Of a stretch of DNA of 64,000 bases, positions 16,733 to 24,342 are shown in pieces (the first letter of the stretch is position 1; every line of letters starts with the position of its first letter). The translations under genes were made by a program, and so were the position numbers. The DNA is from a virus, in the IMG/VR virus record IMGVR_UViG_3300032334_000335, positions 22,556 through 86,555 of that record, one strand, 5' to 3'. The notes below the pieces were generated by a model that made no database searches, was not told where the DNA came from, and worked only from the letters and a program-made list of their open reading frames with translations.

Positions 16733-18039
16733 TCTACCCTTCCTACTAGATCCTTAACTACTGTCATCTCTGGGATTACTTCAAAGGTATTTTCATTTCT
16801 AAGTTCATCAATCTTATTAGTGTTCCACATAAACTTCTGGGCTGCATATAAATCAAATGGTTTTTCAAGCTCGCTGAAAATGTGAGTGAATGCATGATCA
16901 ATAGTTGTATTGTACTTCTTATTATGCTCGCTGATAAACAATTTAAGTTCTGCTATTGTTTCTTTTCTATAGTCATCTGGCAATATATGAACATGATAAT
17001 GAGTTGGATGTTCTAAAAGATTAATAAAGAAATTTTGATACTTGTGTCTTTCGCAGACCACACCAATATCAATAAGGTGATTGATTATCGCAGGCAGTCT
17101 ACGAACGTTCCATGCACCGATGGTCATACCTGGCCTTACAGTTATGTTATCTAACGTAGTTAGTAACTTTAAGTTTTCTTCTACTTTAGACCAAACAGTT
17201 CCAGATCGTATTAACTCGGCACGTGGTCCGATCTCGTCAATGCTTGGCCAAACTTCAATTTTTCCATTTTCCCATTGACTCCAATAATCTAATGCGCTCT
17301 TTCCATTATATGTCAACGTAGAACAGTTTGTATTGTAACTGATCTTAACATCAAACCTTTTATTTTCAACTAGAAGATCTAAAGTCTGCCAATGTTCCGG
17401 CATGAGCAATGGTTCGCCGCCTGCAAAATAAATTTTCTGCACATGCTTGACTTGATCCTTTAGAAAATCATAGTTAGTCTTGTCTTCGACGCTTTCAATA
17501 CTCCATACTTTTTCTTGGTCCGACCATCCTAGCTTTTTGTGATCAGGGACCCAAGCCGAACTGTAGCGTGGTCCGCAGCTTCTGCATTTAAAGTTGCAGA
17601 GATTACTGAATCGAAAATCCCAATATTTTAACTGCATAGTCTTACAGGTACCGTCAGGTTCGGTAATTTCTGGAATGATTTTTATAAAATCTTTAAACTC
17701 TTTGTTCTGCCAATATCTGCCGCTTTCACCTGTAACTTTTTCTCTATCAAAACAAGTGGCGCAAATCTTTGGTTCTTCTTTATTAAGAAACTGTACTCGC
17801 AACTCTTTCATATTATCGCTATTCCAAATTTCTTCAATAGACTGTTTGTTTAAGTCTCCGGCAAAATAGTTATGATGACTTGTAAGACAGCAAGGGACTA
17901 CTTTACCATTTGGTTCAAAATTTAAATGTAGGAATGGTACAACACAAAGGGTTTCTTTAGACATTTGGTTCTTCTTTTTAATGAGCTTACGTTTATATTT
18001 ACGATAATACTTTTCTAGTGTAGCATATATTGGAATCAT
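16729..18039 (-). CDS. Radical SAM enzyme with N-terminal twitch/SPASM-like domain
   Basis: CVVPF...VPCC...CATC precedes SNLCNFKCRSC; FAGGEPLL, YNTN. Confidence 0.9.
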   Translation of the reverse strand: MIPIYATLEKYYRKYKRKLIKKKNQMSKETLCVVPFLHLNFEPNGKVVPCCLTSHHNYFAGDLNKQSIEEIWNSDNMKELRVQFLNKEEPKICATCFDREKVTGESGRYWQNKEFKDFIKIIPEITEPDGTCKTMQLKYWDFRFSNLCNFKCRSCGPRYSSAWVPDHKKLGWSDQEKVWSIESVEDKTNYDFLKDQVKHVQKIYFAGGEPLLMPEHWQTLDLLVENKRFDVKISYNTNCSTLTYNGKSALDYWSQWENGKIEVWPSIDEIGPRAELIRSGTVWSKVEENLKLLTTLDNITVRPGMTIGAWNVRRLPAIINHLIDIGVVCERHKYQNFFINLLEHPTHYHVHILPDDYRKETIAELKLFISEHNKKYNTTIDHAFTHIFSELEKPFDLYAAQKFMWNTNKIDELRNENTFEVIPEMTVVKDLVGRVE

Positions 18040-19727
18040 ACATTTTCTCTCGTTAACTTAAACTGTTGTTCTAGCCAATCAAAATCATTGATCTTCGCTA
18101 GATCAGAGGGAGAATCTTTCCATTTCATCCCAAACTCTTTGCCGGCAAGTGCTCCTGCATATGCATAGAATCCATAAGGAACATTTTCTTCTAATGTACA
18201 CCAGCGGTCTAATCGAGTCTGTGTCTCAGCTTCAACTTGCCCATCGATAATTTTACTTGCCAGTTTACAGCATTCTCTAAAAGCAGACTTCCAGGTGTTA
18301 AACGGATCAGTGTTAAACGATGTAATATTCGACACTCGAGGGATGGCTCTAAATCGCTTACTGATAGATGTAGTCATATCAGCTGAAGATGTATCCATAG
18401 CTAATGTTAAATCTCTAGGCAACAGTTTAACTCCTCCATAACCATACGTTAGATTGTTAATGGGATTTTTACTATGCCATACACAGACAATGTCTCGTTC
18501 ATATCGAGAAACTCGATAATCAAAGTTGAAATCATCAGTTATTACAGCATCACCATCGACTACCCAAAACATGTGTGTATCTACTAGTTTAGCTGCTTCT
18601 ATATGTGCCTGATGTATTCCTTTAACACCGTGAACTCGTTTTGCATTTTTAAATCTCGAAGATAGATTTTTAAAATTTTCATCTGCATTTGGTTCATTGT
18701 AACTAATGAAAACTATGTCATATGGTTTATGAACTGATACTACTATCTCATGCTCTTTCTGCTCTAGCAAAAATCTAAAATCTATTTCTTTAGCAGTCCT
18801 TGGTGAATGTTTTGACATCAGCATGATACCATTGTATGTTTTTTCACTTTTAAATCTGTGTTGAAATGCATGATTTATATTTCTATCAAAGTCATAAGCA
18901 CCGTTATTAGGATCAAAATATAAATCAAATATTGTTTCGTCGGTGACTTTTATTTCTGGCCATATGACCCAAAACATTTCTTGGGGTGATGTTTCTAGTA
19001 GCTGTTGATATTCTGCGTATGTATCTATAAAATATCTAGGATATCTGCTTATAGTTACAACAGTATCGTGTTCTTTTTTGTCTACAGGAAATCTGTTTTC
19101 GATTTCTCTCTTAGACAGTGGATTATTCCTCGGACTTAACATTGTTCCATTAACATATTCCTCAGATGGTCCGCATCTGTTTTTAAAAATATGTGTGGTA
19201 TTTCTGTCAAAGTCATATGTGCCGTCTAACGGATCAAAAAATATTTTAAAAACTGAATCATCTAATATCTCCGTGCCTTCCCATACAGTCCACAACATTT
19301 CCGTTGTTGAAGAGTTGACAGCTTTTAAATAATCGTCATACGAAGATATTGTGAATCTATCATATACTCTAGGTTTAGATAACTCAATGTCTATTTCTTT
19401 TTTTTCTAAGAAAAATCTATTATCAAACTCTTTATTAGATACAGATGATTTTTTTGGAAATAGGCAAATACCCGAACGTCTAAAATTATAAAAACCATTT
19501 TTAAATACGTGTATGTATTTTCGATCCCATACTGGGACTTCGAAAGTTTTTAAATCAATAATATCATTTAATACGACATCATCCCACATGACCCAAAACA
19601 TCGATGTTAGAGATCGGCGTGATATCTCATTAAATGAGATATTCTCAAATCGCTGAGCAAGCGGATATTTAGATTTTAGCTTTTGCCATTCGTCGGTTTC
19701 TTTTCCGACATAAAATATATCATACAT
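18036..19727 (-). CDS. Glycosyltransferase-like protein with three degenerate N-terminal repeats and a C-terminal GT-A domain
   Basis: YDIVFISYNEPNADENF, RVHGVKGIHQAH, FWVVDGDA (DxD), WKSAFRECCKL. Confidence 0.7.
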   Translation of the reverse strand: MYDIFYVGKETDEWQKLKSKYPLAQRFENISFNEISRRSLTSMFWVMWDDVVLNDIIDLKTFEVPVWDRKYIHVFKNGFYNFRRSGICLFPKKSSVSNKEFDNRFFLEKKEIDIELSKPRVYDRFTISSYDDYLKAVNSSTTEMLWTVWEGTEILDDSVFKIFFDPLDGTYDFDRNTTHIFKNRCGPSEEYVNGTMLSPRNNPLSKREIENRFPVDKKEHDTVVTISRYPRYFIDTYAEYQQLLETSPQEMFWVIWPEIKVTDETIFDLYFDPNNGAYDFDRNINHAFQHRFKSEKTYNGIMLMSKHSPRTAKEIDFRFLLEQKEHEIVVSVHKPYDIVFISYNEPNADENFKNLSSRFKNAKRVHGVKGIHQAHIEAAKLVDTHMFWVVDGDAVITDDFNFDYRVSRYERDIVCVWHSKNPINNLTYGYGGVKLLPRDLTLAMDTSSADMTTSISKRFRAIPRVSNITSFNTDPFNTWKSAFRECCKLASKIIDGQVEAETQTRLDRWCTLEENVPYGFYAYAGALAGKEFGMKWKDSPSDLAKINDFDWLEQQFKLTRENV

Positions 19728-20613
19728 TTATCGGCACCGAAAAATATGTAAGACCGAGATTAACAGCTTCTTCATAGAGATCAAGAGTGTACTTGCTTTG
19801 TTGGGCATTAAAGTTTGGCCAATCGAATCCAAGTTTTACTTTTAGGTTTCTTCCAAGATCTTCTATTTCATATCCTAGATGATCGTGGTTAACATGTTGT
19901 TCATATATATTTCTTAATATTTCAAAATCTCTAACTTGTACATAATCCCAATCGGTGCAGTTAGTCATCCATGTGCCTAGTCGGGCACCGTGTATTGCAT
20001 AAAGACCATTTTCTTCGTGTGCTCCAACTGTTGACCACATACGCAATCTATGAATATTGTGCCACCAAATGCGTTCTTTGATTTCCTGAGGTGGAACTTT
20101 AACTCCGTCAAGCAATGTCATTTTAACACCTTCACGGAATCCTGCTCTCCAGGCTTGGAATGGACTACCTGTAATAATACTATCGCTGTATACTCTTGGA
20201 AAATTACGATATCCATCTTCCCAACAAAAATCAACCTGTCCTCTTTCGCTATCACTGGCTTCATGTGTTTTCATGTTTAAAACAAAATCACGTTTCCAAA
20301 CTTTTGGGCCGCCATTACCGTAACATAAGCCGTTAATAACATTCTTTCCGCACCATCCATAGACTTGAATCTTTGGATCGGACATATCGAGATCAAGATT
20401 AAAAAACTTTGGATCAACGATGTTATCTGCGTCAATGGTTACGAACCATTCAGTTTCTGAAGCTTCGGCGGCAGCTTTGTGTGCAGCATCTGACCCTTTA
20501 ACTCCATGTATACGTTTTGCCCAAGGCACTTTATTACACAGATCTGCATAGTGTAAATCAGCATTAGGTTCATCATAGCTGAGAAAAATAATATCAAACT
20601 CTATTACTTTCAT
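19720..20613 (-). CDS. GT-A glycosyltransferase-like protein, paralogue of the neighbouring C-terminal domain
   Basis: FDIIFLSYDEPNAD, RIHGVKGSDAAH, FVTIDADN, AWRAGFREGVKM. Confidence 0.75.
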   Translation of the reverse strand: MKVIEFDIIFLSYDEPNADLHYADLCNKVPWAKRIHGVKGSDAAHKAAAEASETEWFVTIDADNIVDPKFFNLDLDMSDPKIQVYGWCGKNVINGLCYGNGGPKVWKRDFVLNMKTHEASDSERGQVDFCWEDGYRNFPRVYSDSIITGSPFQAWRAGFREGVKMTLLDGVKVPPQEIKERIWWHNIHRLRMWSTVGAHEENGLYAIHGARLGTWMTNCTDWDYVQVRDFEILRNIYEQHVNHDHLGYEIEDLGRNLKVKLGFDWPNFNAQQSKYTLDLYEEAVNLGLTYFSVPINV

Positions 20614-21233
20614 TTGATTTCCATTACATAGTTTTTAAATAATCTTCTTGTATAAACACTAAACTTCGCAGGAACATCAACATCTTCATAAATCATCGGA
20701 GATTCGCTTAGATCGGAAATTTTAAAAGACAGCATTTTATAAAGAACATTAGGATCATTATAGTCTGTTATAAGAAAACTCATTTCTAAAGAACCTTCCC
20801 ATATTACTTTACGTTTCTTTGCAGGTTGATATTTCTTAGGAAGTTTTTTTGAACCTCCAAGTTCCTCTGTTAACTCGAAAGTTAAAGTTTTTTTCTTTTT
20901 ATTATATGTTACAAATAAATCTGGTTTTTCGATATCCGACCATTTCTTGTCAACTATTCTGTGTAATACATCATCTATCTTATAGACATTCTTAAGCTCG
21001 GCAACTTCAAAAGTACCAGTGGTAAGATCTACAAAACAATTTTGTATTCTTACTTTGCCTTCGATGACTCTTTCAGCGATCTCATTGTCTATAACAATCT
21101 TGTTAGTCTCGTGTTCAAAAGCCGATTCGGGTCCGATACTTACAATTTCTCCAGTATCGGAATTAAACAACGCTACGTAAATCAACGGAACATAAGGAAT
21201 TTCTAAAGGTTCAAGTTCGATTACTTCTTCCAT
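20610..21233 (-). CDS. Hypothetical protein
   Basis: 207-aa ORF within the overlapping operon. Confidence 0.75.
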   Translation of the reverse strand: MEEVIELEPLEIPYVPLIYVALFNSDTGEIVSIGPESAFEHETNKIVIDNEIAERVIEGKVRIQNCFVDLTTGTFEVAELKNVYKIDDVLHRIVDKKWSDIEKPDLFVTYNKKKKTLTFELTEELGGSKKLPKKYQPAKKRKVIWEGSLEMSFLITDYNDPNVLYKMLSFKISDLSESPMIYEDVDVPAKFSVYTRRLFKNYVMEIK

Positions 21234-22066
21234 AAAATCTCCTCTAATACGTTAATAAACTCATCTGTCATTTTATCTTTTTCTACATAATGAACAATAT
21301 TGTGTTGTTGGTAGTTTCCTATTTTTAGCTTGCCAGATTTGTTAAGATAAAATCCAACATGATCTGATACTGTTTCTGCTTCCCATGGCCAGTTCTGTAT
21401 CAACGGTTTTAGATGAGTGACTCTCGGAAACTCTAACTTATAAGAAATATCGTCGGCAATATCTAATAGTTTAGCCGAAAGTGCGAATGCTTCATCTGTT
21501 CCTAACACTCTAGGTTTATAAGCAGAAAGATGCAGATTAGAAAACTCCACAGGATTGCTTATTATAGCACGACCTAAGGTAAAAAATTCATTGGCTATCT
21601 CCGAATCTTTCTTGAAAAATGTCCAGAAAGAATAGAGATTAGGTAGATCATTTTTAATAAACGCTTTTCTGTAGTGCTCATCTTTTACAATCTCATCTCG
21701 ATATGTATAAGATCTATTGGCTATGTATAACTCTGAGTTTGCAATAAAGTAATCAATCCAATGACTGTAATCTCTGGTGAACAACATGTCAGCATCTAAG
21801 CATACTGTCTGATCAAAAGGAGTTAGTTTATCCATCCAACTGCGACCATCCCAGTGCGGAGGCAACTCCTTCTCGATTATATGATCAAACACCCATAAAG
21901 ATTTGAATCTCTCTAGCTGGCTTTTATCATCAATAACTATCGCAACTCTATCATATCCTTCTTTTTGAGTATTTTTAATACTGATAGCAAGGGCATATGC
22001 CATTGCAGGATAATCGATCGTTGATACATTGTTTGTAGATACTACTATAAGATAACCAAAATTCAT
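21221..22066 (-). CDS. GT8-like glycosyltransferase
   Basis: YPAMAYALAISIK, LTPFDQTVCLDADML (DxD), GTDEAFAL. Confidence 0.75.
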   Translation of the reverse strand: MNFGYLIVVSTNNVSTIDYPAMAYALAISIKNTQKEGYDRVAIVIDDKSQLERFKSLWVFDHIIEKELPPHWDGRSWMDKLTPFDQTVCLDADMLFTRDYSHWIDYFIANSELYIANRSYTYRDEIVKDEHYRKAFIKNDLPNLYSFWTFFKKDSEIANEFFTLGRAIISNPVEFSNLHLSAYKPRVLGTDEAFALSAKLLDIADDISYKLEFPRVTHLKPLIQNWPWEAETVSDHVGFYLNKSGKLKIGNYQQHNIVHYVEKDKMTDEFINVLEEILWKK

Positions 22067-22926
22067 ATTAGCCCCATTAATGCATCGGCATTTCTTGTAA
22101 TACTTGATTTGTTCATAACATGAATATCCATACCTTTAGTCGAGGCAAGACAGTAGTTGTCATTTAGTGTCGGTGATACTAAAAACTTTAAAAGACCAGA
22201 TTCATTTACTTCAAGTAGTATGTCTCTGTCAAGTGCAGTTAACACAGGCGGCAAAGACACAGTGGCATTTGTTTCAAATCCGTCTAATATATGTTTTGCT
22301 ACACTAAATGAAATGTCATTTCGATATTGTCTAGTGGTAAATCTAAATAAATCGCCATAATAATCGTACCTATTCCTAACAAAATCTACCATGTCAAAAA
22401 TAGATTTTGAATAATCATTCTTGGTAAACATTATAGTTGTGGCCCAAAATAAGTGTACTCCGGTATCAGAAATATACCTATCATGGACTCCTAGTCTATC
22501 AATATCTACTATATCATTGATAGCTTTTGATATTAAAAAATCTTCTTCTACATCCCAGTATTGTGCTAGTCTGTCTGAAAATATTAAAAAGTCACTGTCT
22601 ATTAATAATGTTCTATCATACGGAGTAATATCCCAAGCAGAGCATCTATTGGCATTTACAAAAGGCACAACTTTATTTTCAACACCGTCATAGAGTTTAC
22701 GAGTATTATCAGTTTGAGGGCGATCAACTAGAATGATATTTTCAAAAACAGATTTTGCTTTGTCGTAAATGCCAGAAGCTTTCATCCATTCTGCTGTGGA
22801 CTCGTCAGTTACTAGTGAAGCAGGAACCTTGAGATGCTTTGACGCAAGGCCTCCGGCTATTATAGCATGTAGAGCATAATCAACTTCTGGATTGTTATGC
22901 GCAAATATTAAAATGCCTTTTTTCAT
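22063..22926 (-). CDS. GT8-like glycosyltransferase, paralogue of the adjacent gene
   Basis: KGILIFA, ITPYDRTLLIDSDF (DxD), YRNDISFSVA. Confidence 0.75.
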   Translation of the reverse strand: MKKGILIFAHNNPEVDYALHAIIAGGLASKHLKVPASLVTDESTAEWMKASGIYDKAKSVFENIILVDRPQTDNTRKLYDGVENKVVPFVNANRCSAWDITPYDRTLLIDSDFLIFSDRLAQYWDVEEDFLISKAINDIVDIDRLGVHDRYISDTGVHLFWATTIMFTKNDYSKSIFDMVDFVRNRYDYYGDLFRFTTRQYRNDISFSVAKHILDGFETNATVSLPPVLTALDRDILLEVNESGLLKFLVSPTLNDNYCLASTKGMDIHVMNKSSITRNADALMGLI

Positions 22927-23273
22927 AGATCGAGAAGTTTCTCAACAGTTCTACTTTTTTTAATTTTTTCATATTCGTCAAAATACTCTATTGTAGATAC
23001 AAAATATCTATCTAAAATCTCATCTCTAAAGGATTCAAGATCTGGGATAACTATCGGATTATCATTTATATCTAGTAAAGGAACATCTTTCGAACGACCA
23101 AGGTCAACTAGCATTTGAACAAATGAGATTAAAGATCTATCGATCTTAAAAATGCCGCCATTAACTCCGTAGGTTAACTTAGCATCAATTTTTTCTTTTA
23201 GGGTTTTTCTTTGAATAGAAAAGGTCTGACGATAGTTAGAAAAGTCGAGAGCTTTTTTGAGTTGATCTTCCAT
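22923..23273 (-). CDS. Hypothetical protein, first gene of the modification operon (possibly fibre-associated)
   Basis: 116 aa; AGGAG SD. Confidence 0.7.
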   Translation of the reverse strand: MEDQLKKALDFSNYRQTFSIQRKTLKEKIDAKLTYGVNGGIFKIDRSLISFVQMLVDLGRSKDVPLLDINDNPIVIPDLESFRDEILDRYFVSTIEYFDEYEKIKKSRTVEKLLDL

Positions 23274-23278
23274 TGTTT

Positions 23279-23321
23279 CTCCTAGTTAACATAGCAGTTT
23301 ATTTATTTGCTATACTAGGAG
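23279..23321 (-). promoter_or_regulatory. RBS-sequestering hairpin with late promoter motif TAAATA in its loop
   Basis: On - strand: CTCCTAGT ATAGCA [AATAAATAAAC] TGCTAT GTTA ACTAGGAG AAACA ATG; 14 bp of pairing, SD in the 3' arm. Confidence 0.7.
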
Positions 23322-23332
23322 GAGAAGATATT

Positions 23333-24295
23333 TTAGGCAGGAGCTATTTGAGTGATAGTCACTGTTGGCGATTCAACTCTAAAATTACCTGCACCAGCAG
23401 GCAATAGAGTTCCATATGCTTCATAGGTTGTTATATTCAAACTAAAGGTTCCGTCAACTGCATCAAAAGGAGGCCATGCTGGGCTGTTTCCTTCAGGATC
23501 ATTATAATCGTCAGTCCATCTAATTCTAAACTCTATAGAGTTAGCATCACCATTGCTATTATCAAACGTGTTTGGAGTTCTAGCATCAATAGCATAAATG
23601 TTACTTGAATATGGTGAAGAACCGCTTTGAGCATACCAAGTTCCAAAACTGCTTGACAATCGATAAAAGTTTTGTCCGTCATTTGGTTCAGTACCAGTCT
23701 GTGGTTTATTTCCGCCAAATGCCTGCGTACCAGCTGTATTTAAAATTGTTGTCCAAGCTAAGATCTGCGAAGTGCTGGTTCCACCAGTTCGAGTTGAAGT
23801 AAATTGAATCTCGCTTCCGCTGTTGAAAAAGTGTCTTGCTGCTTGAGCATTAGACCAACTTACTGTTGCAATACATTGTATTTTTGTACTCCAAGAACTT
23901 CCAAAAACTCCTGGCCACGAGGTTGATGCTGTACCTTTATTAGTGGTAATAGATTGACTCGGCGGCGGTTTATTAAATTTATTAGATACAATGCTATCAG
24001 CGATCGAGTCAAACTGTGAAACTGGTGCTGTAGTTGGGTCGTATCTTACTGTACCGCCTTCGGCGACTTGTACTAAAGATGGAATACTTCCGTTTTGATG
24101 ATTGTATGCATTAATCATATCATAACGAAGATTGGCCCATTCATTGATGGTTACTTTGCTAGATTCGGTAACTGCTGAACTCAATACAGTTTGTCCATAC
24201 CCATTATTTCCGCCAGGAGAGAGACCTAATACCGGAACAACTTTATCCCGAATATTATTATAATCTGCTTTATAGATGATGTCATTAACGGCCAT
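23333..24295 (-). CDS. Virion structural protein, paralogue of the N-terminal domain of the adjacent gene
   Basis: ADYNNIRDKV, GYGQ, ARHFFNSGSEI; Ser/Thr/Gly/Asn rich. Confidence 0.7.
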   Translation of the reverse strand: MAVNDIIYKADYNNIRDKVVPVLGLSPGGNNGYGQTVLSSAVTESSKVTINEWANLRYDMINAYNHQNGSIPSLVQVAEGGTVRYDPTTAPVSQFDSIADSIVSNKFNKPPPSQSITTNKGTASTSWPGVFGSSWSTKIQCIATVSWSNAQAARHFFNSGSEIQFTSTRTGGTSTSQILAWTTILNTAGTQAFGGNKPQTGTEPNDGQNFYRLSSSFGTWYAQSGSSPYSSNIYAIDARTPNTFDNSNGDANSIEFRIRWTDDYNDPEGNSPAWPPFDAVDGTFSLNITTYEAYGTLLPAGAGNFRVESPTVTITQIAPA

Positions 24296-24320
24296 GTTTT
24301 AAACTCTATTATCGATAGAA

Positions 24321-24326
24321 TATTTA
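24321..24326 (-). promoter_or_regulatory. Late promoter-like TAAATA
   Basis: Intergenic, about 25 nt before ATG 24295. Confidence 0.5.
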
Positions 24327-24342
24327 CGCAAAAAAGAAATCG

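Noticed and set aside
14739-18039. RiPP cluster or viperin-like defence system
   Set aside because: No precursor peptide, peptidase or transporter, and no viperin-specific motifs recognised; the context is glycosyltransferases and virion genes
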